From Candidatus Binatia bacterium (GTDB lineage Bacteria; Desulfobacterota; Binatia; UBA9968; CAXXLF01), in assembly GCA_963664015.2 (NCBI GenBank), contig CAXXLF010000001.1:1120001-1184000 (forward strand): DNA of 64,000 nt, in the 5' to 3' direction. A program made the translations under genes and the position numbers. Positions 1 to 11,506 of this stretch are shown here, one piece after another. The notes beneath the pieces are model-generated. The model searched no databases. It was not told the origin of the DNA and worked only from the letters and a program-made list of their open reading frames with translations. How positions within the stretch are numbered: the first letter of the stretch is position 1; each line of letters starts with the position of its first letter.

Positions 1-462
1 TCCCACCGTCGCTACAGGATAGGTCCACGGATCGTGTCCGAGCATCAACCCCTTTTCATTCAAGGCCTGATCCAGGGATTTGAGTATACAGCCCGCCTGC
101 ACGCGAACCAGGCGTGACTCCACGTCGATATTGACGACCTCCGCCATGCGCTTGAGATCCACAACAATCCCAGACCGAACTGAAACCGCAGCCCCCATGA
201 GACCCGACCCTCCACCATAGGGGACCAGAGAAAACTTCTCCTGGTTGGCCATGAGAACAAGCTCCCGAACCTCCTCAGTCGATGCCGGGAGGGCCACGCA
301 AAATGGGCTTGTGTACCCAAATTTCTCCCGTGGGTGGATTCGATCCACGCTGAGTGCGTCCCAGGAGCGCTCATCTAAGACCGTGGGGTCTGTAACCAAC
401 CCCTCTCTTCCCAGTAGTCGGGACATTCGAGTCATGATTTTTTCTACTGTGCTCATGGACAT
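1..462 (-). CDS. FAD-binding oxidoreductase (FAD_binding_4, GlcD/D-lactate dehydrogenase-like); N-terminal part, runs off the window edge
   Basis: Not in the ORF track. Manual translation MSMSTVEK...VALPASTEEV...VPYGGGSGLMGAA...IVVDLKRM...VRVQAG...GHDPWTYPVATVG matches the PCMH-type FAD-binding pattern. GAGG upstream; start could be 456. Confidence 0.85.
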   Translation of the reverse strand, partial: MSMSTVEKIMTRMSRLLGREGLVTDPTVLDERSWDALSVDRIHPREKFGYTSPFCVALPASTEEVRELVLMANQEKFSLVPYGGGSGLMGAAVSVRSGIVVDLKRMAEVVNIDVESRLVRVQAGCILKSLDQALNEKGLMLGHDPWTYPVATVG

Positions 463-541
463 TCAACCTCGAAATTCTTCAAATCAGGTTCCACCGGTCT
501 TCCCATCACGACAGGAGCGAAACCCGTGCAGCAAAAGCGCC

Positions 542-1312
542 TCACCGCATCGCGGCGCCACCATCGACCACCATCGAATGACCGGTCATGAAGTCGCTCA
601 GAGGAGAGGCTAGAAAGAGCATGGCGCCCACCAGGTCTTCAGGGACCTGCACGCGTTTGATGGCGCGTTGCTGCATTGGCTGCTGTCGCATCCGAAGGAT
701 TTCCTCGGTGGGATTTTCCTCGGAGAGGGTCGAACCCGGGACCAGGGCGTTGACCTGGATGTTGTCCCCGCCCACTTCGCGAGCCAGTGTACGGGTCATT
801 CCCAGGACACCGGCCTTCGAAGCAACGTAGTGAATTCGGCCAGGAGGGCCGACCAGGGCCGTCCCAGAGCCAATGTTAATGATCTTTCCCGACTTCTGTG
901 CCCGCATAGCCGGGAGTACCGCTCTCGCGCACAGAAAAGGGCCTTTCAAGTTAACGGCTATCAAACGGTCCCATTCGGCCAATTCAATAGACTCGATACC
1001 CCCTCGATTCATCGGGATCGTGGCAAAGATCGCCGCGTTATTCACCAACACATCGATCCGGCCAAACCGATCCAGTGTCGCGGCCGCCATAGCTTTGGTA
1101 GAGGCCTCGTCGGAGACATCAACAGAAATCACCATGGCCTCGCTTCCCGTATCCCGAGTGACCAGCGAGGCCACCTGGTCGGCGGCGCCGTAATCGATGT
1201 CCGCAACCACGACACAGGCGCCCGCCTTGCCAAAGCCCTGACAGTAGGCCTTACCGATCCCGTGCCCGCCTCCGGTCATAATGACAACCTTGCCCTTCAG
1301 TCCTTCAACCAT
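542..1312 (-). CDS. SDR family NAD(P)-dependent oxidoreductase (FabG-like)
   Basis: TGGGHGIG, NNAA and YVASK motifs; AGGAGG RBS before the ATG at 1312. Confidence 0.92.
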   Translation of the reverse strand: MVEGLKGKVVIMTGGGHGIGKAYCQGFGKAGACVVVADIDYGAADQVASLVTRDTGSEAMVISVDVSDEASTKAMAAATLDRFGRIDVLVNNAAIFATIPMNRGGIESIELAEWDRLIAVNLKGPFLCARAVLPAMRAQKSGKIINIGSGTALVGPPGRIHYVASKAGVLGMTRTLAREVGGDNIQVNALVPGSTLSEENPTEEILRMRQQPMQQRAIKRVQVPEDLVGAMLFLASPLSDFMTGHSMVVDGGAAMR

Positions 1313-1556
1313 GATTTCCTCCTTATGAAAATACGTGTCAGCGGTCATTTAACTTTCTACAGGGGAACCGGCAACCGTTTCAAGAGATCGCCCATCCAGA
1401 CGTGGAGAACTGGACGGACAGAACCATCCTCCATATCGTGCACGTTTCGCCGTACTTCAACTGTCGGACTCAAGTCGTAGACCGACTGGGAAAAGAATTA
1501 GGGAACTGGCACATCGATTGTGCCGGTGACAGGTCTGATGGGGAGGCTAAATTAGC

Positions 1557-3366
1557 TCAGGAGCGGGGTGTCCCTGTATGGCGAGACCCAAGGGAGGGGG
1601 GGTGCGATAACGAACCGATTGCCACGGAGGCCGATGACGCGGTCTTTTGCCGCAAGGATTCGTTCGACAAGGTTCCTCGGTGACAGCGCTCGGGTCCGCC
1701 GGGCAGCGGCTTCGGTTCCGATGCCAGTGTGTAGTTGTTTTTGGGTAGAGGTCTATTCATCGCGTTAAGGCCATGCGATGTAAGGCGGGGAAGCGTCTGC
1801 CAGGTTGATCGGAGCTCCTTCCCATCGTGGAACGAAGACCCTAGATAGGAATATAAGAAACGCATTCGGTCCGTTGTTCCTAAGGACTTTTGATTGCCAA
1901 GGGACATATTCAACTGTACTAGATTTAGTAGCCTCTGGTATTTGTTAATACAGTCAGATACCGTGACTTTATCCAGTGCGATCAAACCAAATTCGAATGC
2001 ATCGGAACTTTCTACCTTGACCAGAATGTTTGAGGCTGTCAATTCTCAATGGTAAATGCACCGATCGTGTAAGCGACGCACATACCGGGCGAGTTGGGTC
2101 ACCAATCGTCGTTTCAACCCCGATTCCCCGGCACTAAAAGTCGAAAAAGCCCTTTTTGAATATACTGATCCAAACTCTTCTCGCCAGGCTCGTCCTGGTA
2201 TAGGAAACAACTTTCCTGAGCCATCCCCCATTGCCTTTTGCTCACACAGGCCAATGGCAACCTTGTTGCGACCCTACGTCGCAGTAGCGCATTGCCAACA
2301 ACCCAGCATCTTTCGGCGCGAGAAAAACGAAGCACGCTTTTCAGCCTGTCCAAGAACCCATGGACCGGATATCGACGCACGATGAAATTCACAGGTTCAG
2401 TTTCCATGCGACTTGATGCCGCTTTGACCGTTTGCCTCATGGAGACATTTTGAGAATGTTTCCATCGATTCGTCCGGTCCGAAATATTCCACGAAACGGC
2501 GGATTAAAAAATTGGCTATAGACCCGATTCTCCCGCAAGCATGACTTCCCCCGATAGTGGTAATGACGATCACACAACCTAGTCGACTTTACCTCAATCG
2601 AACGAACCGTTGCCTTATAGGAGCACAAAGGGATAGGGGGTAAGACGCATATATTCTTTAAGAAATCGACTTCGATCCGAGCGGCTCAAGAAGAACGGGG
2701 AATACAGATTAAACCGCGCTAATGAGTTGATTCTTTTTTTAATGAGAGTTGTTGATAAATCCGCGCTCGATCCAGGCCCAACAACCGTAGACGATAGCCC
2801 CCTCCAAGACTTTCAATGAGAATATTTCCCGCGTGCAGGTCTCTATGATCCACACGATGGGCGTGAACTTGAGCCACTAATCAAGCAACCCGTCAAATGA
2901 GCTCCCGTTTCGACTTGAGGGAACATTGCGGCTGGTTTTTGGCCGATTCACGAATAACATACTCATCGAGGGATTCACAAAACTGAAGTCCCTCGGAAAC
3001 AAGATAGCTCTCCCGTAAGAGCTTCCCCCACCGGATTTCTTCATAAGCGATTGGAACCACCGTATGAATTCCAAACTTGGCAATTCGATGGGTCATGTCC
3101 CATTCTTTTCGGGCTTTCGAAATCGAGAAAAAGTCCCTTAGAGTTTCCGACCATCTTAGCCGGTGGTGCTTAACGACAACTTGTAGCGGCTTTGCGCCCT
3201 GGAGTATTTCCAACCCAACGACCCGCCGAACGGTAGAGCTTTTGACAATCTCCGCTTGACCAGATCCGGGGAGCACTCTCGCCAGAGCATCTACTCGGGA
3301 ACGGAATCGGGGCCTGGTGCGCCACACGATTCCGTGATTGGTGATTTGAGTATTCTTAAGGTTCAT
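1557..3366 (-). pseudogene. Two-domain lipopolysaccharide kinase (InaA/Kdo/WaaP family), disrupted
   Basis: Fragments in several frames: VVVKHHR...KARKEW, HRDLHAGNILI (~2824-2847), then a second domain RAERCW...IYH*ELTASNILV. In-frame TGA at 2893, 2881 and 2046, plus frameshifts near 2620 and 2130. The 3' end is uncertain. Confidence 0.8.
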
Positions 3367-3416
3367 CGTTGCCTCGGGATCACGGTACGGCCCCTTCTTC
3401 ACGGCAGATGACACAG

Positions 3417-4202
3417 TTATTTCGGATACGACCAAGCCCGATGGTTGTCCGGACTTTCCCTCCGACCGTTCAAGAGGTTCTCACGCCCTGAATAAAGCGA
3501 TCCGGGTAGATCCGGGCTGTACCGAAAACGTCGATGGGACCACATCCACTGATCCGGATAGCAACGTATCAGGCTCTCCACAATTTCGTTGCAACGTGCC
3601 GTTAATTCAATGATATCGCGTTTTCGGTCACCACTACGCTCGTACTGAAGCGCGGCCAAAGACCCGGCCTGATGATGATCGGGAGCATCACGAAAAAGAT
3701 AAAAAGGAACCACCGGTGCACCGGTTTTAAGAGCAAGAGTGGCAAGTCCGACAGACGTTGAGCAACGGGCACCGAACAGAGGAACCAAAACCCCTTGTTT
3801 TCGTTTTGAATACCGATCCATGAGCACCCCGATTGCGCGGCCCTCACGTAAACTCTGGAGGATCTTTACTGCGCCATTTCGATGATCGATCAACTCGGCC
3901 CCCGAGCGACACCTCCACGCCGCAATCTTCGCGTAGAGGGACGGATTGGGCACTCTTCGAGCCACCATGCTCACGGGAATACCGGCCAGACCCAGCACGC
4001 TGGGGGCCAGCTCGAAGCCTCCCAAATGTAGTGTTAGCCCTATTACACCTTTGCCCATCGCTCGCGCCGCATCGAGGTACTTAAACCCCTTAATTTCAAC
4101 CCGCCTGCGAATGTCTTAATCACTCCATTCGTTGAAGCGCAGAGTATCGATCATATTGCGCGCAAGATTTTCGTAGCTTCGCTGCCCAATCTGACGCCGT
4201 CG
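3417..4202 (-). pseudogene. Lipid A lauroyl/lysophospholipid acyltransferase (LpxL/HtrB family), 5'-truncated with an internal stop
   Basis: GKGVIGLTLHLGGFE, GVLMDR, YPDQWMWSHRRF. Homology continues upstream through an in-frame TAA at 4116-4118 (RSYENLARNMIDTLRFNEWSD*DIRRRVEIKG); no N-terminal anchor or start is recognisable. Confidence 0.75.
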
Positions 4203-4365
4203 AACGCGTAGTTCTCAGGTATCCAGACCAATGGGCATGGATTCAGCCCCGGGAAATTACGACGCCCGAGACATTAAAAATTAAAAGAGACCAAAGACGG
4301 AGGAATCGACGCAAACAATTGGTAGATTCAAAACCATAGAGACTACGAGTGTTGGCGTTAGCAGC

Positions 4366-5793
4366 TTAGCGTTGCTGCACGGCCTCAAAGAGATGGAGTT
4401 GCTTGGCCTTCCCCTCGTCATCGAAGTGAAGCGGGTAATTGCCACTGAAACAAGCGTCGCAGAAGCCGCCGGTATCGCCGTTTACGAATACGTACATCCC
4501 CTCGCGGCTGAGATAACCCAGGGAGTCGGCCCCGACAAACTTGCAGATGTCCTCTACGGCATTGGAAGAGGCGATGAGCTCGCCTCGGCTTGGCGTATCG
4601 ATGCCGTAATAGCAGGGTCCCGTAGTGGGTGGCGAACTGATCCGGAGGTGAACTTCCACTGCCCCCGCATCACGTAGCATACCGATAATCTTACGAGCCG
4701 TGGTACCGCGCACTATGGAGTCGTCCACGACCACAACCCGCTTACCCTCCAATACATCCCTCTGAGCGTTGAGCTTGATCTTGACACCAAAGTGCCGAAT
4801 GGACTGCTGGGGCTCGATAAAGGTCCGTCCAACGTAGTGGTTACGGATCAGACCAAAATCCAAGGGCAAGCCGGACTCCTCCGCATAACCTAGCGCTGCG
4901 GGCACCCCGGAATCCGGCACTGGAGTGACCAGATCGGCCTCCACCGGGCGTTCCCGGGCGAGTTGACGACCCAGCTCCTTTCGAATCTGGTAGACGTTGC
5001 GACCGTATATATTGCTGTCCGGGCGGGAAAAATAGACATATTCAAAGATACACTTGGCATGGGGGACGGGTGGAAACGGCTTGAGGGATTCCATCCCCTG
5101 GGGACTAAAGGTGATCACCTCACCGGGCTCAACTTCTCGTATATAGTCGGCTTCAATCAGATCCAGAACACATGTCTCGGACGCCACCACATAACCATCG
5201 TGACCGGTGGAACCCTTCATTCGCCCAACCACCAGCGGGCGAAACCCCATGGGATCGCGGGCTGCAATCATCCGATCCAAGGTGAGAAAAACCAGTGAAT
5301 AGGCACCGTGGGCGCGGCCCAGAGAATCAACCAGTCGCCCCATGAGGCTTTTTTCCTTAGATGTAGCGATGAGATGGATCAGGACTTCAGTATCTGAAGT
5401 AGACTGAAAGATGGATCCGGACGCCTCTAATTCCCCTCGTAGAACCTGGGAGTTGACCAGGTTCCCGTTATGCGCCACAGCAATGGGTCCATCGGCATAT
5501 TCCACCACCAGCGGCTGTGCGTTTTTTAGATAACTTTCACCCGTTGTGGAATAGCGGTTATGACCGATAGCGGTGGAGCCCTTGAGGTGCTGGATGACGT
5601 CTTCTTTGAAGATGTCGGCAACCAACCCCATCTGGCGGTGAGAGATCAGCGCCGACCCATCGGATGAAACAATACCGGCGGATTCCTGACCCCGGTGCTG
5701 CAGGGCGTACAGGCCGAGATAGACCATGTTGGCTGCCTCCGGGTGACCGTAGACTCCAACCACGCCGCACTCTTCATGAAACTTATCGAACAA
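4366..5793 (-). CDS. purF: Amidophosphoribosyltransferase
   Basis: EECGVVG, LQHRGQES, GHNRYST, VVVVDDSIVRGTT. Confidence 0.98.
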   Translation of the reverse strand: MFDKFHEECGVVGVYGHPEAANMVYLGLYALQHRGQESAGIVSSDGSALISHRQMGLVADIFKEDVIQHLKGSTAIGHNRYSTTGESYLKNAQPLVVEYADGPIAVAHNGNLVNSQVLRGELEASGSIFQSTSDTEVLIHLIATSKEKSLMGRLVDSLGRAHGAYSLVFLTLDRMIAARDPMGFRPLVVGRMKGSTGHDGYVVASETCVLDLIEADYIREVEPGEVITFSPQGMESLKPFPPVPHAKCIFEYVYFSRPDSNIYGRNVYQIRKELGRQLARERPVEADLVTPVPDSGVPAALGYAEESGLPLDFGLIRNHYVGRTFIEPQQSIRHFGVKIKLNAQRDVLEGKRVVVVDDSIVRGTTARKIIGMLRDAGAVEVHLRISSPPTTGPCYYGIDTPSRGELIASSNAVEDICKFVGADSLGYLSREGMYVFVNGDTGGFCDACFSGNYPLHFDDEGKAKQLHLFEAVQQR

Positions 5794-5854
5794 CAGCTGA
5801 TACCTGATTCCTATCCACTTGGTAATCCGTTATGGAATCTACAATGAAACCGAT

Positions 5855-8095
5855 TCAAACCTGATTCAGACGATTCTCCAAGGCAGTTGCCCAAATAGTT
5901 TTAACTTCTTCCACCGCCAGGCCGATCATGGGATGTATGATAAATCGACTTCCACCTACCACACCGATGACATTCACGGGGACCCCCTCCTTGGCAGCGA
6001 GTTCCTGCAGGAATTTCAAGTGTTTTTCTTCGACAGAGACTACGATGCGTGATTGGGACTCTCCAAACAACAGGGCATCCATACGCATCATTTCATGGAG
6101 CTCGATCTTAACACCCGTGGCCATTTGTGGCCCGCTCACGCAGCACTCGACCAAGGCCACGGCCAATCCTCCTTCGGAAATATCATGCGCGGAGCGAAGG
6201 ATTCCCTTATCGATCGCCTTGAGGCAGCAGCGCTGAACCGCGCGCTCAGCCTTGAGATCGATCCAGGGCGGTGTCCCTTGTACCAGGCCATGAAAAACCT
6301 TGAGATATTCGCTTCCTCCCAGCTCCTCCCGAGATCGACCCAGGAGAACAACCAAATCGCCGTCGGTTTTGAACCAAGGGGTCATATGCCGCTCGAGCTT
6401 GGGCAGGACCCCCACCATGGCTATCGTCGGGGTCGGATAGATGGCAACTCCGTTAGTTTCATTATAGAAGCTCACGTTCCCACTCACAACTGGAACCTTG
6501 AGCGCCATACAACCGTCCCGCAGCCCCTGAATGGCCTGGAAAAATTGCCACATGACCTCCGGCCGTTCAGGATTTCCGAAATTGAGGCAGTCGCTCAATC
6601 CCAAGGGACGTGCCCCCACGCAGGCAAGGTTGCGAGCGGCCTCGGCCACGGCAATAACACCTCCAATATACGGATCCAGGTAGCAGTAACGACTGTTGCC
6701 ATCGACAGTGAGCGCGAGTCCCTTCTTGCTACCTTTGACTCTGAGCACGGCGGCATCGGAACCTGGAGCTACGACCGTATTGGCACGCACGAGATGATCG
6801 TATTGCCGGTAGACCCACTCCTTTGAGGCAAGGTTGGGGGACTTCAACAGACGCTTGAGCGTTACTCCACCATCTTTGGGTTCCTCGATCTTGCTCAGAT
6901 CCAAGCTTTGGATCTCATCCTGATTTTTTGGCCGCTCCGCCGGTCGGTTATATACCGGGGCTTCTGAGGTCAATGACGCAATCGGAATTGAAGCGACTTC
7001 CAAACCTCCAAATCGGGCACGGAGATTGGAATCTCGGGTCACCTTCCCAATGACAACTGCATCCAAGTCCCACCGGCTGAATATCCGTTTGACCTCCTCT
7101 TCACGACCTTTCTTGACAACCAGTAGCATCCTTTCTTGGGACTCGGAGAGCATGATCTCATATGGACTCATACCCCTCTCCCTCATAGGAATGCTCGAGA
7201 GATCCAGATCCACGCCCCGACCACCCCGAGCGGCCATCTCCGTGGCCGAACTGGTCAGTCCCGCGGCGCCCATATCCTGAATCCCCACCAGGCAGTCTGT
7301 CTTCATCACCTCCAAGCAAGCCTCCAACAGGAGTTTCTCCGTGAACGGGTCCCCGACTTGAACCGTAGGTCTTTTCTTCTCGGCCTCTTCTGAGAATTCG
7401 GCGGAGGCCATGGTGGCACCGTGAATGCCGTCCCGTCCGGTCTTGGATCCCACATACATCAAAGGATTGCCGATCCCCTTCGCCCTCCCCTTAAAGATAC
7501 CCTTTCTCTGAGCCACCCCAAGGGAAAAGGCATTGACCAGGATATTGGCGTTGTAGGACTCGTCGAAATAAACCTCGCCGCCAACCGTGGGAACACCAAT
7601 GCAGTTCCCGTATCCACCAATTCCTCCGACCACACCTCTGATTAGATAGGGGGTCCTCGGGTCGTCAATACTGCCGAACCGAAGGGAGTTCAGCAATGCG
7701 ATGGGACGAGCTCCCATTGTGAAGATATCGCGCAGAATTCCCCCGACTCCCGTGGCAGCACCTTGATAGGGCTCAATAAATGAAGGATGATTATGACTCT
7801 CCATCTTGAACACGACGACTAAGCCGTCACCGAGATCCATCACTCCGGCATTTTCCCCTGGCCCCTGAAGAACTGCTCGGCCGCAAGTGGGCAACTGTTT
7901 GAGAAAAGCTCTCGAGCTTTTATAGCTGCAATGTTCCGACCACATGACGGAAAAGATGCCCAGCTCCGTGTCGTTAGGTTCGCGGCCGAGGGTGTCTAAA
8001 ATCTTCTGGTACTCCTCTTCGTTCAAACCGTGAGCCGCAACTCGGTCGGGTAAGGGCATGTTGGGAGAGGGATCCTGCTCGCTTAGGCTGGCCAT
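5855..8095 (-). CDS. purL: Phosphoribosylformylglycinamidine synthase subunit PurL
   Basis: [34 protein letters not shown]; GGAG RBS before 8095. Confidence 0.97.
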   Translation of the reverse strand: MASLSEQDPSPNMPLPDRVAAHGLNEEEYQKILDTLGREPNDTELGIFSVMWSEHCSYKSSRAFLKQLPTCGRAVLQGPGENAGVMDLGDGLVVVFKMESHNHPSFIEPYQGAATGVGGILRDIFTMGARPIALLNSLRFGSIDDPRTPYLIRGVVGGIGGYGNCIGVPTVGGEVYFDESYNANILVNAFSLGVAQRKGIFKGRAKGIGNPLMYVGSKTGRDGIHGATMASAEFSEEAEKKRPTVQVGDPFTEKLLLEACLEVMKTDCLVGIQDMGAAGLTSSATEMAARGGRGVDLDLSSIPMRERGMSPYEIMLSESQERMLLVVKKGREEEVKRIFSRWDLDAVVIGKVTRDSNLRARFGGLEVASIPIASLTSEAPVYNRPAERPKNQDEIQSLDLSKIEEPKDGGVTLKRLLKSPNLASKEWVYRQYDHLVRANTVVAPGSDAAVLRVKGSKKGLALTVDGNSRYCYLDPYIGGVIAVAEAARNLACVGARPLGLSDCLNFGNPERPEVMWQFFQAIQGLRDGCMALKVPVVSGNVSFYNETNGVAIYPTPTIAMVGVLPKLERHMTPWFKTDGDLVVLLGRSREELGGSEYLKVFHGLVQGTPPWIDLKAERAVQRCCLKAIDKGILRSAHDISEGGLAVALVECCVSGPQMATGVKIELHEMMRMDALLFGESQSRIVVSVEEKHLKFLQELAAKEGVPVNVIGVVGGSRFIIHPMIGLAVEEVKTIWATALENRLNQV

Positions 8096-8097
8096 GC

Positions 8098-8799
8098 CTA
8101 GTTCTCCGTCCTGTTGCAAGTCGCTACAACCGAAGAAAAGATCTTCAAGCCATCCTCACTACCCAGGATGGCCTCCACCGCGTGTTCCGGGTGAGGCATG
8201 AGACCAAAGACGTTCTTTGCCTCGTTGCAAACTCCTGCGATGTGATCGACGGATCCATTGGGATTGGCCTCGGGTACCGCCTGACCGCCTGAACTCACAT
8301 AGCGCAACACGATCTGTCGATTGTTTCGCATTCGGTCCAGGGTCGGGCCGTCCGCATAGTAACAGCCGTCACCGTGCTTGATAGGAAGGCTGAGCAACTC
8401 CCCTTTCTTACCCAAACAGGTAAAGGGGGTGTCATTTTCTTCTAGGCTGAGGGAGACGTGGCGGCAGGTAAAGCGTAGCGAGGCGTTGCGCATCAAGGTC
8501 CCGGGTAAGAGTCCAGCTTCACAAAGGATCTGAAAACCGTTGCAGATGCCGAGAACCAGTCCCCCTTTTTGCGCGAACCCAATAACGCCTTGCATGATAG
8601 GGGAGCATCGAGCCATGGCACCGGGTCGTAAATAGTCTCCATAGGAGAAACCACCTGGCAGGACAAGACAATTCCAATCGCCGGACAGTATTTCCTTGTG
8701 CCAGAGAAACTCAACTTCCTGTCCCAGGACGTGTTTCAGACCATAGTATACGTCGTGGTCGTCACAGGAACCGGGAAAGACGATAACCCCCCAACGCAT
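8098..8799 (-). CDS. purQ: Phosphoribosylformylglycinamidine synthase subunit PurQ
   Basis: [28 protein letters not shown]. Confidence 0.97.
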   Translation of the reverse strand: MRWGVIVFPGSCDDHDVYYGLKHVLGQEVEFLWHKEILSGDWNCLVLPGGFSYGDYLRPGAMARCSPIMQGVIGFAQKGGLVLGICNGFQILCEAGLLPGTLMRNASLRFTCRHVSLSLEENDTPFTCLGKKGELLSLPIKHGDGCYYADGPTLDRMRNNRQIVLRYVSSGGQAVPEANPNGSVDHIAGVCNEAKNVFGLMPHPEHAVEAILGSEDGLKIFSSVVATCNRTEN

Positions 8800-8813
8800 T
8801 AATAGACTCTCGC

Positions 8814-9059
8814 CTAGGATTCCAGGATTTCCAACCGGTAGTCTTCGATTACCGGATTGGCCAGCAGTCGCTCGCACATTTGACGGATTTGGAATTCGGC
8901 TTCGGCAGAAGTGGACGCTTCGATACTAAATTCAATCACTTTGCCCACACGAACATCGGTAACTCCAGGGTGCCCCAGGGCATGGATGGAGCGCTCAACG
9001 ACCTGCCCTTGGGGATCCAGGACCCCCTCCTTAGGCATTACATAAACCTTAGCTAGCAT
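8814..9059 (-). CDS. purS: Phosphoribosylformylglycinamidine synthase subunit PurS
   Basis: VLDPQG and LLANPVIEDY motifs; position in the operon. Confidence 0.96.
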   Translation of the reverse strand: MLAKVYVMPKEGVLDPQGQVVERSIHALGHPGVTDVRVGKVIEFSIEASTSAEAEFQIRQMCERLLANPVIEDYRLEILES

Positions 9060-9074
9060 GGTTTCATTGAGCCT

Positions 9075-9779
9075 TCAGGCGCAGACTCGCCGGCAGACTT
9101 CCTGATAGGCTTCTTCAACCTTGCCAAGATCGCGGCGGAAACGGTCCTTATCCAGCTTTTCCAGCGATTCTTTCTCCCACAAGCGGCAGGTATCTGGACA
9201 AATCTCATCCCCGAGCAGGATTCTACCGTGATGACGTCCGAACTCAATTTTGAAATCGACCAAAATCAGATTACGCTGGTCAAAAAAGTCTTTGAGGAGG
9301 TCATTGATGCGGAAGCTGTGTCTTTCGATCTCATCCATCTCACTATCCGTGGCCATATCTAGGGCCCGGATATGGAACAAATTGATCATGGGATCCCCCA
9401 GAGGATCACTTTTATAGTAATGTTCCAATACGGGCCTGCTCAAGACCCCGCCTTCCTCCACACCAAATCTCTTGGCCAGGCTTCCCGCAATAACATTACG
9501 CATCACGACCTCAACGGGAATGATATCCAGTTTGCGCACGAGCATCTCTCGATCGTTCAGTCTGTTGATAAAATGGGTTGGCACCGCCTCGCCTTCCAAG
9601 AGCCGGAACAGGACCTCCGAGATCTCGTTGTTCATGATCCCTTTTCCTCTAATGGTCCCCTTCTTCTCTGCATTAAAGGCCGTGGCGTCGTCCTTGAAAT
9701 ACTGGATTACATAATCGGGGTCGTCTGTGGAATATAGGATTTTGGCTTTGCCTTCATAAATCGCATCACGTTTTTCCAT
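9075..9779 (-). CDS. purC: SAICAR synthetase
   Basis: YEGKAK, LVDFKIEFG, DEICPDTCRLW, LDKDRFR; AAGGAG RBS. Confidence 0.97.
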   Translation of the reverse strand: MEKRDAIYEGKAKILYSTDDPDYVIQYFKDDATAFNAEKKGTIRGKGIMNNEISEVLFRLLEGEAVPTHFINRLNDREMLVRKLDIIPVEVVMRNVIAGSLAKRFGVEEGGVLSRPVLEHYYKSDPLGDPMINLFHIRALDMATDSEMDEIERHSFRINDLLKDFFDQRNLILVDFKIEFGRHHGRILLGDEICPDTCRLWEKESLEKLDKDRFRRDLGKVEEAYQEVCRRVCA

Positions 9780-9876
9780 ACCGGCTCCTTTTACTTTTAC
9801 TGGAATCAACGGGCCCCGAATGTCCGGAAGGTTACCGAGCACCCCTTGCATCCAATTCTATAGCCTGGTCGAACGC

Positions 9877-11169
9877 CTAATGAAAGACTCGTTGAAAAAT
9901 CAAATTGACGTTTTTTAGGTCGTCCTTGAAACCCCAGATTTCTTCAATCTCTTTGGAGGAAAGGTAGCGGCGGGCCTCCGGGTCTTCCAGGATCTCGCGC
10001 TTGAAATCCCCACCTTCCTTCTGGACCCTCAGGGCATGGCGCTGGACGATTCGGTAAGCCCCGTCCCGGGACAATCCTTTGTCCACCAAGCGCAATAGAA
10101 CCTTTTCAGAGCAAATCACCCCACCGCTTTTATCAAGATTGCGCTTCATATTTTCCGGATAAACGCATAGCTCTCCCAGGACATAGGTGATGCGCCGCAG
10201 CATGAAATCCAGGGCTATGGTCGCATCGGGTCCGATCACCCGCTCCGCCGATGAATGGCTAATATCCCGTTCATGCCAGAGTGGAACGTTCTCTAGTGAA
10301 ACCAGCGCGTAGGAGCGAAGCAATCTCGCCAGACCGCTGATATTTTCCGATAAAATAGGATTTCTTTTATGGGGCATCGCCGATGAACCCATCTGCCCCC
10401 GTCCAAAGGGCTCTTCAGCTTCCTGAACTTCCGTACGCTGTAAATGTCGGACTTCCACGGCGAACTTTTCCAGAGAGCTGGCCAGAACCGCCAAGGTCGT
10501 AAAAAAGTACGCGTGGCGGTCACGCTGGATGATCTGGTTAGAAATCGGGTCGGGCTTGAGTCCACTCCGCTTACAGACATAGGCTTCCACCTTGGGGGAG
10601 ATATGGCCAAAGGTCCCTACGGCGCCGGATATCATTCCCACGCAGACATCGCGGGCAGCCGCCTCCAATCGATTCAGGTTGCGGCGCATCTCTTCGTACC
10701 AAAGCGCAAACTTCAGCCCAAAGGTGATAGGTTCGGCATGCATCCCATGGGTGCGCCCCATCATCGGGGTCCTCTTGTACTTAAAGGCCTGCCGACGTAG
10801 TACCTTCATGAGGTCTCGCACATCTTGGATCAAAAGGGCGGAAGCGTCCTTGAGTTGTAAGGCTAGGCCCGTATCCATAACGTCCGAAGAGGTGAGACCC
10901 AGGTGGAGGAACCGGGCGTCGTCTCCCACACATTCGGCCAAGGAGCGTAGGAAGGCGATCATCTCGTGGCGCACTTCCTCCTCGATCTTACCGATCCTTT
11001 TTATATTTATGCGGGCCTTCTTCTTGATGCGGTTGATCGCCGACTTCGGGACCTGGCCCATGCTTGCCAGCGCCTCTGCCGCGAGGACTTCGACCTCGAG
11101 CCATTTTTGAAACCGGTTTTGCTCGGACCAGACCTCTGCCATTTCCGTGCGACTGTATCGATCAATCAT
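9877..11169 (-). CDS. purB: Adenylosuccinate lyase
   Basis: MIDRYS, HLGLTSSD, GRTHG, GSSAMPHKRNP. Confidence 0.98.
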   Translation of the reverse strand: MIDRYSRTEMAEVWSEQNRFQKWLEVEVLAAEALASMGQVPKSAINRIKKKARINIKRIGKIEEEVRHEMIAFLRSLAECVGDDARFLHLGLTSSDVMDTGLALQLKDASALLIQDVRDLMKVLRRQAFKYKRTPMMGRTHGMHAEPITFGLKFALWYEEMRRNLNRLEAAARDVCVGMISGAVGTFGHISPKVEAYVCKRSGLKPDPISNQIIQRDRHAYFFTTLAVLASSLEKFAVEVRHLQRTEVQEAEEPFGRGQMGSSAMPHKRNPILSENISGLARLLRSYALVSLENVPLWHERDISHSSAERVIGPDATIALDFMLRRITYVLGELCVYPENMKRNLDKSGGVICSEKVLLRLVDKGLSRDGAYRIVQRHALRVQKEGGDFKREILEDPEARRYLSSKEIEEIWGFKDDLKNVNLIFQRVFH

Positions 11170-11261
11170 AGAATAAACACTCAGTGATTAGCTTCTCGCC
11201 TATCAATTCTCAGACAGAGCAACTCCAACCGTATGTATCGCGCCAAGACCCCCTCGAGTTA

Positions 11262-11458
11262 AAATCCTAAATCCGAAGCACGAAATCCTAAACAATTCCA
11301 AAACCTCAAATTATTAATGCTCAAAACATTTAACAAACGGCCTAGCCTTTCTCCCAATGACAACAATACGAGCTCTTAAGACCAACCGGCTGATGCTTTG
11401 TTTTTCATTTTGATTATTCGAAATTGTTTCGAATTTCGGATTTCGAGTTTGTAATCTT
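11262..11458. repeat. AT-rich imperfect inverted-repeat element built from 7-nt units
   Basis: Left arm AAATCCT AAATCCG AAGCACG AAATCCT AAACAAT; reverse complement of the right arm AAACTCG AAATCCG AAATTCG AAACAAT; about 67 bp spacer. Confidence 0.75.
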
Positions 11459-11506
11459 CTTATACTTGGCGTCCATCGATGCTGGCGGTCAATAACCGTC
11501 TTCTTA

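Noticed and set aside
1402-1683. 93-aa plus-strand ORF between the SDR and the kinase remnant
   Set aside because: No recognisable motif or RBS, and it overlaps the run-on tail of the pseudogene.
2046-2895. Three in-frame TGA codons in the kinase, suggesting stop-codon recoding or selenocysteine
   Set aside because: The same gene has frameshifts and degenerate catalytic motifs. One TGA replaces the Arg of H-R-D (a CGA>TGA transition), and TGA ends many normal genes in this window.
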